NCBI GenBank assembly: GCA_024679065.1
Contig: JAGIQG010000009.1
Location: 102,114,001-102,178,000 of the forward strand
Reading direction: 5' to 3'
DNA: 64,000 nucleotides
DNA from: Sphyrna mokarran
Lineage: Eukaryota
Made by a program: the position numbers and the translations under genes. Shown piece after piece: positions 13,201 to 26,700 of this stretch (positions are counted from its first letter, which is position 1; each line of letters starts with the position of its first letter). Below the pieces are notes generated by a model. That model made no database searches and was not told the DNA's origin. It saw nothing but the letters and a program-made list of their open reading frames with translations.

Positions 13201-14348
13201 TGTTAAGGACGAGATCAGAAACAAAGATATGTTATGAAGTTAGGCTAGAACCTAACTTTTACATTTGATTTGGGGCATTAGAGTGAGCATAATATGTTTC
13301 ACTCCAGGTATGATTCAAATGATTCATTTGGAAGTTTTATCAAAATAAGCTTTATTTAAAAGCACAGTTACAATATAGAAAAAGAATTAGCATAATTTTT
13401 ACCAATTAAAATACTTAAACATGACAAAATATAGTTCTTAACAGCTAGCTATCTCTCCTGTTCCAATGTAACAATATCCCCATAGACATAAACCCCATTT
13501 TAAGATCCAGTTAGCACAGAAACCAATGATGCTTACATGGGTACTAGATTTCTGGCCTTCTAACAACTCTGGACAGTGATCCAGACAGATACTAATCTTC
13601 TAATTCTAGTGCAGTAAGCTCCAGAGAAAGTGCTACCCCCAAACAGCAGAATCTCAAAAAGAAATTTATTCCCAAGCAGATTCTAGTCTTCAAATTTCAG
13701 AGACAGTAAGAAATACAGAGAAAAATGACCTCTTTCTAAAGATCCCCAAAAGGAAACTGCCTTAACTTCTTTGTGAGAGCCTAGCTTTTCACCCAGTAAT
13801 ATGACATTAATTGTCAATCTACCTAATCAAGCCCTACTCTGCAATATCCTAGGGCAAAACACAAAATGACAGAACACTGCATTAGTTCAGATTCAAACAA
13901 ACATTACAGCAATTAAGATCAATTATGCTGCTGCAGTAATAATACAGTGCTGCTGTGCATAAACAGAATGGTTCTGATAATGAAAATGAACTGCAACAGC
14001 ACATCCTGCACAGACAACATGATAAGCAATGGGCAACACTATAGCATAGTGATTAGCATTGCTGCCTCACAGCACCAGGGACCTTGGTTCGATCCCTGGC
14101 TTAGCTCACTGTCTGTGTGGAGTCTGCATGTTTCCTGTGTCTGCATCGTTTTGCTCTGAATGCTCCAGTTTCCTCCCACAGTCTGAAAGCCGTCCTGGTC
14201 AGGTGCAGTGACCCGAGCAGATGCCTGAGTGTGGCTACTCGGGGAATTTCACAGTAATTTCATTGCAATGTTAATGTAATACTTACATGACTAATAAATA
14301 AAGTTTAGTTGACTTTACATACATTTCTTAAGGCAAAGTATCATCGCA
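13201..14348. mobile_element. Probable solo LTR with a SINE inserted at ~14030-14310
   Basis: TGTT...CA ends, near-TSD CTAT/CTAC, reverse AATAAA near the left end. Confidence 0.4.
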
Positions 14349-17300
14349 CTACTTAGTTACAATAATCTAGTCCTTGTCTTAACCAGTCTTAACCATTAAG
14401 ATTTAAAGATTAAGAGATAAACAGAGGAGAGAAAGAGAAGGATGATGAATTAGAATCAATTCAGGCACAGAAAAAAACTAAATTAGATTGTCATATATTG
14501 GGTGAAAATATATTGGTTGAAAAGCTAGGCTTTCACAAAAAACTTAAGGTGGTTTCCTCTGTGTGATCATTAGAGAGAAGTCATTTTCTCTCTCTCTCTT
14601 CCTCTCTTGGAAGTTTAGAGACTGGAATCTGCTGGGGAATAAATTTCTTTGAGATTTTGTTATTTGGGGTGGCACTTCCTCTAGAGGTTGCTGCATGAGG
14701 AAGGGTAAAAAAGTAATGGAATTAAAAAGTGAGAACAAAACTGAAAAATTAATATTTGAAGAGTTAAAATCTTCAACAACTCATTAAGTGAAGGAAAAAA
14801 GCTCCGCAGATTAAATTATTTACTCTCTGAGAAAGGGATTTTGATCAGCTGACATTAACAATAAATTGTCTTTAAATATCACATTCAACTTGGTAAAATG
14901 ATCCAAGGTTTTCACGGAGTGACAATCAAACACAATTTGTCACCAGCTACATGCTTGATCAATAGAGGTAAGCAATAAAGACCATTTGAGGAGGAAAGGG
15001 ATGAAGAGAAGCAGAGATGTTTAGCGACGCCATTTCAGAATTTAGTTCCTTGACAGCTCTGAAGGTATTTAACCATCAATAGTGGAGCAATTAAAATCAG
15101 GAATGTTCATGAGATGGGAATTGAGAATAGCAAGCATCTCAGAGGATTGTTGGGCTGGAAGAAATTATCAAAATAGGAAATGGTGGAGCTACCAATAGAC
15201 ATGAATATTAGGAAGAGAATGTCTGAACAGGGGAATTCCTTCAACAGGAGTACAAGAGTGATGGTGAATGAGACTTGTTGCAAATTAGAAAACAATCACA
15301 AGAGTTTTGAGTGACTCCAAGTTTACAGAAAGTGGAGAATAATTACCCTGTTGAGAGAAGTGTGTTTAGGAGATTCATTGCAAAACTTAGCTTTCCATTA
15401 GGCGTTCAGTATGTACTTAATGTGAAAATGCATTCATCAATTTGTTTACAAAATGTGAACATCACTGGCTGGGCTGGCATTAATTACCCATTTCTGTTTC
15501 AGAGGGCATTTAAGACTCAACCATATTGCTATCGGAATCTGGAATCACATATAGGCCATTCCAGGTAGCAGATTTCCTTCCCTGAAGGACATTAGTGACT
15601 GAGATAGATTTTTGCAACAATGACAATGGTTTCTGTGGTGAGAGAAACAGAGTTAATATTTTGAGCCCAATATTACCTGTCTTTTAGTTTTATCTTTGCC
15701 TCCATATTCCTGGAGTTAACAAGTTTTTGTTTCACTGCTATCCTATTGAATCCCTTCAAGGAGGACCCTGACAAAATATTTCATTTCATTCAATTTTGAC
15801 AGTTGATACTAAAATGCAAAAAAATCCACTGCCTGTGTTTACATTGAATCATAATACTAAAAGATTTTCAAAATAAGGGATTATTTATGCATTTTATGCA
15901 TTGAGGCTGGAGTGTGGGCTGAAGATTTTGTTGGATTGTCTTTCAAGGTATATTCTAATTAATTAGCACACTAACAATAGTAACTGGCAGTTGCAAACCT
16001 TTTAAAGTGAGTTTTGGCTTGTTATCTTTAACTTGCATTGTGCATTTTCTGTCTTCTATTCCCAGATCGTATTTGTTTTCCCTGAAAGTTGAATTGCCCA
16101 GCTGAAAGAAATAATCACATAATTCTGTTTCCCAGATCATATCTGTTTTCTTCTTAAAATTCAGTGCCTCTCATTTTCCAAGACATCTAATAAATAGCCC
16201 CAAAAAATCCGACCGTGCTAACTGAAAGAATTGACATTTCCATTCACTTTCCTGACCCCTGGACATCTCAATGTGCACCACACGGAATAGTTCCAGCACA
16301 GAATGAGATAGACTTTCCATTTGAGACATAATAGGGGAATTTCTGCCAACATTCATTTGAAATTGAGCTGGCCAAATTAAGTTTAAATTTCAATTCAAAA
16401 TGATTTACACAATTCTACCATGAACCAGTGCATTTGGGCAATGTAATTGAATGTAATTGTTCATTTTATTTCTTTTTTTTTAATTTCATCCATAAAGTTC
16501 CAAAGCCAATGCTCAGAATGGACTGGGCAAACTCAAACTTATTCCTTGCTTGGTCCAAAAACGAAATATAATTGAATCTAATTCATAGTCCCCACAAGAG
16601 AGATAAACAAAATCCCAGCTGACAAGATAAGGCATCTTGGACTTGATGCGACCATGCTCGATCTGAGCCAAAAGGTTGAGAAGAGATGTACTCCTTGGCA
16701 TATTTGAGATTGGCGATCTGGTGTAGCTCAGTTGAGTTTAGAATGGATGTAATCAGTAGAAGATAAGCCTTTAGTAATAAAGGTGTCCAGTCCTCCAACT
16801 GATTTAAAAATCACTGAAGTAACCTTAAAAATCAATGCTAACCAGGTCTAAAGAGGTGTCAGTTGGGTGGTTGGCTAAGCTATGTTGCCATTGGTGTCAG
16901 GAGAACTAGCTAGGGTAAATGCATGAGGTTAGGGCCTGAGTGGGATTATGGTCAGTGCAGACTCAATGGGCCAAATGGCACTGTGATTCTATGATTAAGT
17001 AACTTTATTGGTGTAGGTTTTTTTAATTGAATACATCAGAACACAATAAAATTTTTAACAAGTGCCTACACATCAGCTGAGTGCCTGGTTAGAGTGTGAT
17101 GCAAAAATGCTAACCCTAATCCTCACAATGGTTTTTAGGCATCTCTTCGGACGGAGTCCTCATCTCACCCTGTGTAATATCGTTAACAATAACCATCAGC
17201 AGCAGCTCCGGGGCATCAAGAGGTTGCACCAGGGAGAGGGAGAGAGAGAGCGCATGCAGCTCTGTCAGAGGTACCGCTTTGGAATCAGATTGTAAACTTT

Positions 17301-17879
17301 ATCTTATATTAAGTTGATCTTTCTCTACACCCTAGTTATAACATTACATTCTAAACCCTCTCCTTTCCTTCTCTGTGTGCATTGTCTGTATAGCAAACAA
17401 GAAACGATACTTTGCATTGTATCCTAACACATATGAGAATAATAAATCAAAATTAAACTGAAGCCTCATAGCTGGACTTGAAGCAACTTTAAAAATATAT
17501 AATTTTTAAAAAACACAGAAAAAACTGAAACTGAGTAGATCCTAGTCCCGTAACACTATTTCCAAATGCATTAGAGGGAAACTCAGTCAAAACTTACCCT
17601 GTCTAGCTCTGATCTGCAGCTGTCCTGTGCAGCGGCTGAGGTGAGGCTGACTTTGCAGATACAAATAGGAGTTGAAAATCAATGTTTTAAGTCAGACGTG
17701 TATAAGCAAAATAAGTGTTTTTGTTCTCTCTCTCTCGAGAACTTGGGCTGTACAACTCTTTGGGTGGATTATGTGTAGAATTACATCACCGTAAGTAGTG
17801 AGAAGGATGTGTGTTTGCCCGGCTGGCTGTGACGGAAAGGTCTCACGTATAGGAGCTGATGGTTTAAAGAGGGGAGCTA

Positions 17880-18045
17880 AACCTGGGCGGATACCACCTA
17901 ACCTTTCTCAAGCAGCGATGCCATATTATCACCCCCCGTTTCTGTTTGAAAACCCGTGCTGGTACCAAGCTGATGTTTCACTTTCTCAACTCTTAAACGC
18001 TTTGATTCTTGGCATGATGCAATGACCTGGTCACTTCCGCTGACA
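17880..18045 (+). promoter_or_regulatory. Putative TATA-less immune-type promoter: GC box, IRF-E/ISRE, C/EBP-ATF and ETS sites
   Basis: GGGCGG 17885-17890; GTTTCACTTTC 17975-17985 (reverse GAAAGTGAAAC); TGATGCAAT 18015-18023; CACTTCCG 18032-18039 (reverse CGGAAGTG); 240-390 bp upstream of the ATG. Confidence 0.55.
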
Positions 18046-18069
18046 AGAGGAGAAATTGTGTTCTCATTC

Positions 18070-18260
18070 GGGCTGGCTGTGCAGTGACAGGGGGGTTTCT
18101 GGTTTTGCAGTGACAGGGGGGTTTCTGGTTTTGCAGTGACATTGGGGCTGCTGGCTGTGCAGTGACAGGAGAGGTGCTGGCTGTGCAGTGACAAGAGAGG
18201 TGTTGGCTGTGCAGTGACAGGGGGGTTTCTGGTTTTGCAGTGACAGGGGGGCTGCTGGCT
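18070..18260. repeat. Short tandem repeat (~24-30 bp units, core TGCAGTGACA, ~7 copies) in the putative 5' UTR
   Basis: Units such as GGCTGTGCAGTGACAGGGGG and GGTTTTGCAGTGACAGGGGG repeated immediately before the ATG. Confidence 0.85.
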
Positions 18261-18276
18261 CGCTGGAGATCTCGCT

Positions 18277-18349
18277 ATGTACGGAACAAGACATTGCTCT
18301 CAATTTACCGATGTTTTCTTGCTCACCGGTTGCTTCATATTCCTCTGCG
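18277..18349 (+). CDS. Exon 1 (signal peptide) of an IgSF type-I membrane receptor: MYGTRHCSQFTDVFLLTGCFIFLC
   Basis: ATG at 18277, hydrophobic leader, strong donor G|GTAAGT at 18350 in phase 1, matching the phase-1 acceptor of the V exons; promoter-like motifs lie just upstream. Confidence 0.8.
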
Positions 18350-18589
18350 GTAAGTTTACATCTTTTTGTTTCATATCCTCCATCAGGGTCATTCTGTCTC
18401 GGAGTTCCCTGTCTGTCTGCCTGTGTGTGTGTGTTGGAGCTGGGAATTCAGCCCTCGCTGATCTATAGTGGATGAAACTCAGCTATTTCTTCATATCTTC
18501 ATTCTCCTTCAGTTTGAGAGCAGAGATATTCGGTGACACTTTCTATCTCGACACACTTATACCGACTAGCATGTGTTCCAGACCCTCAA

Positions 18590-20875
18590 ATTATAACTGG
18601 GATTTAATAATGTATTAACTGAACCCTCTGACTGTAGCTGAGATTTAATAATGAGTTAACTGGACCCTCTGACTATAGCTGGGATTTGATAATGAGTTAA
18701 CTGGACTCTTTAACTGTAGCTGAGATCTAATGATGAGTTAACTGGACCCTTTAACTGTAGCTGGGATTTAATAATGAGTTAACTGGACCCTTTAACTGTA
18801 GCTGAGATCTAATAATCAGTTAACTGGACCCTCTGACTGTAGCTGGGATTTGATAATGAGTTAACTGGACCCTCTAACTGTAGCTGGGATTTAATAATGA
18901 GTTAACTGGACCCTCTGACTGTAGCTGGGATTTAATAATGAGTTAACTGGACCCTGTAACTGTAGCTGGGATTTAATAATGAATTAACTGGACGCTTTAA
19001 CTGTAGCTGGGATTTAATAATGAGTTAACCGGACCCTGTAACTGTAGCTGGGATTTAATAATGAGGTAACTGGAACCTTTAACTGTAGCTGAGATCTAAT
19101 AATCAGTTAACTGGACCCTCTGACTGTAGCTGGGATTTAATAATGAGTTAACTGGACCCTCTGACTAGCTGGGATTTAATAATGAGTTAACTGGACCCTC
19201 TCACTGTAGCTGGGATTTAATAATGAGTTAACTGGACCCTGCAACTGTAGCTGGGATTTAATAATGAGTTAACTGGACCCTGTAACTGTAGCTGGGATTT
19301 AATAATTAGTTAACTGGACCCTCTAACCGTAGCTGGGATTTAATAATGAGTTAACTGGACCCTGTAACTGTAGCTGGGATTTAATAATGAGTTAACTGGA
19401 CCCTGTAACTGTAGCTGGGATTTAATAATGAGTTAACTGGACCCTCTCACTGTAGCTGGGTTTTAGTAATGAGTTAACTGGACCCTCTGACTGTAGCTGG
19501 GATTTAATAATGAGTTAACTGGACCCTGTAACTATAGCTGGGTTTTAGTAATGAGTTAACTGGACCCTCTGACTGTAGCTGGGATTTAATAATGAGTTAA
19601 CTGGACCCTGTAACTGTAGCTGGGATTTAATAATGAGTTAACTGGACCCTGTAACTGTAGCTGGGATTTAATAATTAGTTAACTGGACCCTCTAACTGTA
19701 GCTGGGATTTAATAATGAGTTAACTGGACCCTGTAACTGTAGCTGGGATTTAATAATTAGTTAACTGGACCCTCTAACCGTAGCTGAGATTTAATAATGA
19801 GTTAACTGGACCCTGTAACTGTAGCTGGGATTTAATAATGAGTTAACTGGACCCTCTTACTGTAGCTGGGATTTAATAATGAGTTAACTGGACTCTATAA
19901 CTGTAGCTGGGATTTAATAATGAGTTAACTGGACCCTCTTACTGTAGCTGGGTATTAGTAATGAGTTAACTGGACCCTCTCACTGTAGCTGGGTTTTAGT
20001 AATGAGTTAACTGGACCCTCTGACTGTAGCTGGGATTTAATAATGAGTTAACTGGACCCTGTAACTGTAGCTGGGTTTTAGTAATGAGTTAACTGGACCC
20101 TCTGACTGTAGCTGGGATTTAATAATGAGTTAACTGGACCCTGTAACTGTAGCTGGGATTTAATAATGAGTTAACTGGACCCTGTAACTGTAGCTGGGAT
20201 TTAATAATTAGTTAACTGGACCCTCTAACTGTAGCTGGGATTTAATAATGAGTTAACTGGACCCTGTAACTGTAGCTGGGATTTAATAATTAGTTAACTG
20301 GACCCTCTAACCGTAGCTGGGATTTAATAATGAGTTAACTGGACCCTGTAACCGTAGCTGGGATTTAATAATGAGTTAACTGGACCCTGTAACTGTAGCT
20401 GGGATTTAATAATGAGTTAACTGGACCCTGTAACTGTAGCTGGGATTTAATAATGAGTTAACTGGACCCTCTTACTGTAGCTGGGTATTAGTAATGAGTT
20501 AACTGGACCCTCTCACTGTAGCTGGGTTTTAGTAATGAGTTAACTGGACCCTCTAACTGTAGCTGGGATTTGATAATGAGTTAACTGGACCCTGTAACTG
20601 TAGCTGGGATTTAATAATGAGTTAACTGGACCCTCTTACTGTAGCTGGGATTTAATAATGAGTTAACTAGACTCTATAACTGTAGCTGGGATTTAATAAT
20701 GAGTTAACTGGACCCTCTTACTGTAGCTGGGTTTTAGTAATGAGTTAACTGGACCCTCTAACTGTAGCTGTCATTTAGTAATGAACTAACTGGACCCTCT
20801 AATCGTAGCTCGATTTAATAATGAGTGAACTCGACCGTCAATTCGTAGCTTGATTTACTAATGACTTAACTCAGC
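18590..20875. repeat. 41-bp minisatellite, ~55 copies, consensus GAGTTAACTGGACCCTGTAACTGTAGCTGGGATTTAATAAT
   Basis: Head-to-tail units without spacers, degenerate at both ends, in intron 1. Confidence 0.97.
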
Positions 20876-22463
20876 CTCTCTCAAGTCTTTGATAATGTCA
20901 GATGTTCTTGAGTGGCAAGTTTTACAAAATTTCAACTTGGAAGAAATGGCTTTACAGAGGAATACCCTTGATTATTTTTTGAAAAAGAGTTTATTTAAAG
21001 CATTCAATGACAATTAGAGATGAGAAATAAATGTCCCTTCAATGAATAAAAAATACAAAACATTTCCACTTGAAAACTAGAGAATGTTCAAAAGCTCAAC
21101 TTGTCGGCATGTTGCACTCTTAACTCCCTCAATACAAACGTAATGCTTTCGATATTCTCAACGTACATTCCCCGTGAGGCTAACAATCTGAAGATAAAAC
21201 ATTTCAATTTGAAAAGTTATAACAAATGCAATGGAATTCACTTTTTTTTCTCCATACTGCATGTTCCACTCCGAATTGCTGGAGTATAATTTCAAACCCC
21301 TCAATAATTACAATCTATAATCCATGTCAGGCTCACACCCTGAGGGATTTGACAATCTATCCATCCACTCCATGCATTGTGGCTGTAAACATGAATGAAT
21401 AAAGAAAAATCAGAATGAGATTAGCACAAATATCTCAGGATTGTGGAGCTAGAGGAGATTACACAGATAGGGGTGAAAAGCCATGGAGGCAATTGAAAAT
21501 AAGGACGACAGTTTTAAATTTCCTTGATTGGGAGCCAGTGTTGGTCAGTGAAAACAGGGGCAACAACAAACAGGGATTCGCTGAAAATTAAGACATGGGC
21601 AGCAGAGTTTTTGATAAGTTTAAGCCAATGGAGGGTAGGTTATTGGAGACCAGCCAGGATAAGATGCAAGGGAGATATCCCTGGGACCCTGACTAATCGT
21701 TAATTCTCAGTCAGCATTATTCAGACATGATCACAAACGCTAGTTGTAGGATCTTACTGTTTGTAATTTGTTTGTGTTGTATTTCCTGAATGACAACAGT
21801 GATCAGAAACTGCTTATTATCAGCTGTAAAGGACTTGCAATACAGACAGTTTACAGATTACTGACTAGAATGAGAATCTTCACAACAGGTAAACTGTCTG
21901 TGCTGTTATATGCACTCTCTGAGGCCAGAGCTCTCCTTTCGCCTGGTGAAGGGGCAAACACCGAAAGCTTGCGAGTTTACTATCAAATAAATCGGTTGAA
22001 CTTAAACTTGGTGTTGTCAGACTTCTTATTGTGCAAGGCATTATACAGAGCCAAGTTAGAGTCTGTGGACAAGTTGCCTGTGGTGTTTGCTAGTTTTGAA
22101 GTGCAGTCATTGTTCTTTTGCCAACTAAAATAATTTTGGTTTGGCAGACAAAGGAAATAAAGGTGCGAAAGTGTAAATTCTCACAACCTCACTCTTTGAT
22201 GAAAATGGAGGTGTTTTGTAACTTTAAACTAATGGGAGTTAAGTCCTGACATTGTCAGCGGAATCAAATCAATTTGAGCTAAAGTCATATTGACTAGAAA
22301 TCATTCCCTCCTCACCAGCTCTGCCTGACTTGCTGAGTATTTCCAGCATTCTGTCCTTTTGTTTCAGATGTCCACCATCTGCAGTATTTGGAGCTTTAAT
22401 TTCATTGAGGGATAATCTAATCGAAATTGTTAAGGGATTGGCAGAAAAATGATTCCCTTAGGA

Positions 22464-22803
22464 GGGGCAGCATGGTGACATAGTTGTTAGCACCACTGCC
22501 TCACAGCGCCAGGGGCCCAGGTTCAATTCTGACCTTATGTCACTGTCTTTGTGGAATCTGCACATTCTCTCCGTGTCTGTGCAGGATTCCTCCAGGTGCT
22601 CTAGTTTCCTCTCACAGTCCAGAGATGTGTGAATTGGGTTGATTGGCCATGCTAAATTGGTCCTAGTGACAGGGGGGATTAGCAGGGTGAATATGTGGAG
22701 TTATAGGAATGGGGTAAGGGTGGGATTGTGGTTAGTGTGGGCTCATTGGGCCAAATAGTCTCCTTCTACACTGTAGGGATTCTAAGATTCTATTCTATGA
22801 TTC
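22464..22803 (+). mobile_element. V-SINE (HE1-like), full length
   Basis: GGGGCAGCATGGTG head, B-box GGTTCAATTC, V-domain, GGGATTCTA tail. Confidence 0.85.
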
Positions 22804-23107
22804 TCTGATGTGGGAATTCAGAATAAAGAGTGCAAATTTTAGAATAGAGGTAGACAATTCTCGAGTGAAATTGGACACAGTGGTTGGCAGAAACTTCAAA
22901 CATTCTCTATTCAGTCCTTATTAGAGAAGTAAAAGGGGTTCAGATAAGATGTAACAATAAAGAATAAGTAAAAGGAAAACTAGCAAAACTTACTGGAAAA
23001 AACTCACTGTGCAAACAACAAACACCATTAAACTAATCAGCCAACAATTTCCTGAATGCACATTGCAATCAAAATGTACACACTATATTCCAACTTAACT
23101 AAATAAA

Positions 23108-23722
23108 ATGATTTGTATTGATTTATTATTGCCACATGTATTAGCATACAGTGAAAAATATTGTTCCTTGCACACCTTACATAACATACTGTTCATAAAG
23201 AAGGAAACAAGGATGTAGTGTTACAGTCATAGCTTGGGTGTAGAGAAAGATCAACTTAATGCAAGGTAGGTTCATTCAAAAATCTCATGGCAGCAGGGAA
23301 GAACCTGTTCTTGAGTCATTTGGTACACGACCTCAGACTTTTGTATCTTTTTCCTGATGAAGAAGGTGGAAGAGAGAATGTCCAGGGTGCATGAGCTCCT
23401 TAGTTATGCTGGCTACTTTTCCAAGGCAGCAGGAAAGTGTAGACAGAATCAATAAATGGGAGACTGGTTTGCGTGATGGATTGGGCTACATTCACAACCT
23501 TGTGCAGTTTCTCGTGGTCTTGGGCAGAGCAGGAGTTATACCAAGCTGTGATATAGCCAGAAAGGATACTTTCTATCCTGCTTCTGTAAAAATTGGTGTG
23601 AGTCGTAGCTGATGTGCCAAATTTCCTTAGTCTTCTGAGAAAGTAGAGGCATTGGTGGGCTTTCCTAACCATATTGTCAACATGGGGCAATGATGACAGG
23701 TTGTTGGTGATCTGGATCTAAA
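23108..23722 (-). mobile_element. Rex1/Babar-like LINE 3' fragment (related piece on + at ~17200-17455)
   Basis: KAHQCLYFLRRLRKF and FYRSRIESILSGYITAWY; AATAAATCAA-type tail. Confidence 0.75.
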
Positions 23723-23725
23723 AAC

Positions 23726-26700
23726 TTAAAGAACAAAGAACAAAACAGCACGGGAAACAGGTCCTTCGGCCCAACGAGCCCACACCGCCACCTCAATGTT
23801 CCCGCTTCCACCCATGATTCCTGTGTTTATAGATCTATGCATTAGAATCAAATTTGTTTTCCCAATCAGCCTTAGAGCACATTTTTGGAGTGTGGGAGGA
23901 AACCGGAGCTCCCGGAGAAAACCCACACAAGTATGGGGAGAATGCACAAACTCCCATAGACACAGGCCCAAATCCATGCATCTGCACAGCACAGTGATAG
24001 TCACTGAGCTGTTGTGTTGCCCCTCAACTGGTCTAATTCATAGAACATAGAACATAGAACATTACAGCGCAGAACAGGCCCTTCGGCCTTTGATGTTGCG
24101 CCGACCAATTATGATAAAAGCAATGACCCTCCAAACTAAACCATTCCCTTCTCTTCCATAAACTTATCAACTAACCTCTTAAACGCCACCAAGCTTGGCG
24201 CATCTACAACTGCTGCAGGCAGGGCATTCCACTCCCTAACCACCCTCTGGGTAAAGAACCTACCTCTGATATCCGTCCTATAACTATCACCCCTTAATTT
24301 AAAGCTATGTCCCCTCGTGCTAGCTTTCTCCATCCTAGGAAAAAGGCTATCACTGTCCACCCTATCTAAACCTCTAATCATCTTATATGTTTCGATAAGG
24401 TCCCCTCTTAGCCGCCTCCTTTCTAACGAAAACAACCTCAAATCCCTCAGCCTCTCTTCATAAGACCTGCCCTCCATACCAGGCAACATCCTGGTAAACC
24501 TCCTCTGTACCCTCTCCAATGCCTCCACATCTTTCTTATAATGTGGGGACCAGAACTGCACACAATACTCCAAGTGCGGCCGCACTAGAGTTTTGTACAG
24601 TTGCAACATGACGTTGCGGCTCCGAAATTCAATCCCCCTACCAATAAAAGCTAAGACTCCATATGCCTTCTTAACAACCTTATCGACTTGACTGCCTACT
24701 TTCAGGGATCTATGCACATATACACCAAGATCCCTCTGTTCATCAACACTATTAAGAATCCTACCATTAGCCCTATACTCTACACATTTATTATTCCTGC
24801 CAAAGTGCATTACCTGACACTTTTCCACATTAAACTCCATTTGCCACCTCTCGGCCCAGCTCTGCAACTTGTCCAAGTCTCTCTGCAAACTATAACACCC
24901 CTCTTCACTATCTACCACTCCACCGACTTTGGTGTCATCCGCAAGTTTACTAATCCATCCTTCAATACCCTCATCCAGATCATTTATAAAAATTACAAAC
25001 AGCAGGGGCCCCAAAACAGACCCCTGAGGTACACCACTTGTCACCGAACTCCACGATGAATATCTCCCATCAACCACCACCCTCTGTCTTCTATCTGATA
25101 GCCAATTCCTAATCCAATTAGCTAAATCACCCTCTATCCCATACATCTGCATTTTCTGCAGAAGCCTTCCATGGGCCACCTTATCAAACGCTTTACTAAA
25201 GTCCATATATACCACATCAACTGCCCTACCCCCATCCACGTCTTTGGTCACTTTTTCAAAAAACTCAGTAAGGTTAGTAAGGCACGACCTACCCTTCACA
25301 AAACCATGCTGACTATCCCCTATCAATTCATTTCTCTCTAAGTAACTATAAATCCTATCCCTAATAATTCTCTCCAATACTTTGCCCACAACAGAAGTAA
25401 GACTCACTGGCCTATAATTCCCTGGAAAGTCTCCCTTCCCTTTCTTGAACAATGGGACCACATTCGCTATCCTCCAGTCTTCCGGAACTATACCCGTAAC
25501 CAACGACGACCTGAAGATCAGAGCCAGAGGCTCTGCAATTGCCTCTCTCACCTCCCAGAGAATCCTAGGGTAAATCCCATTCGGCCCAGGGGACTTATCT
25601 AACTTCAAATCCTCAAGAATATCTAGCACATCCTCCCTATCTACTTCAATACTTTCCAGTTTGCAACCCTGTACCTCAGTGTTCTCCACAACTACATTTA
25701 CATCTCCCTGCGTGAATACCGAAGAGAAATATTTGTTCAGTGCCTCTCCAATCTCTTCAGGCTCCACGCACAACTTCCCACTGCTGTCTATGATTGGCCC
25801 TAATCTTGCCCTAACCAATCTTCTATTCTTAACATATCTAAAGAAAGCTTTAGGATTCTCCTTAATCCTATCAGCCAAAGTCTTCTCGTGTCCTCTCTTA
25901 GCTCTCCTCAATTCACTCTTTAGCTCTCTCCTGGCTAATCTATAGCTATCCATTGCACTAACTGAGCCTTCAAGCCTCATCCTGACATAAGCCTCCTTTT
26001 TCCTTTTAACCAGCGAATTAACTTTTTTCGTACACCAAGGTTCCCTTACTCGACCATTTCCTCCTTGCCTGACAGGGACATACTTATCAAGGACTCGCAG
26101 CAGCTGCTCCTTGAATAAGCTCCACATTCCAGATGTTCCCAGTCCCTGTAGTTTCCTAGTCCAACCTATGCACCCTAATTCTCTCCTGATGGCCTCATAA
26201 TTACCCTTCCCCCAGCTATAACTACTGCCCCCAGCTTCATGCCTATCCCTATCCATCACTAAGGTGAACGTAACCGAATTGTGGTCACTATCACCAAAAT
26301 GTTCACCAACTTCCAAGCCTAACACCTGGTCTGGCTCATTGCCCAGCACCAAATCCAATGCAGCCTCACCTCTAGTTGGCCTATCTACATACTGAGTCAA
26401 AAAACCTTCCTACACACTTTGTACAAAAACTGACCCCTCTAACGAGCTAGAGCTAGAGCTATTCCAATCAATATTAGTAAAGTTAAAGTCCCCCATAACA
26501 ATTACCCTATTACTTTCACTCCTGTCCAGGATTGACTTTGCAATCCTTTCCTCTACCTCTCTAGAACTTTTAGGAGGTCTGTAAAAGACTCCCAACAGGG
26601 TGACCTCTCCTCTCCTGTTTCTAATCTCAGCCCATACTACCTCAACAGACAAGTCCTCATCAAACTTCTTTTCTGTCACTGTGATACAGTCTTTGACTAA

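Noticed and set aside
18590-20875. CRISPR-like array
   Set aside because: Contiguous 41-bp units with no unique spacers, no cas genes, vertebrate context; it is a minisatellite
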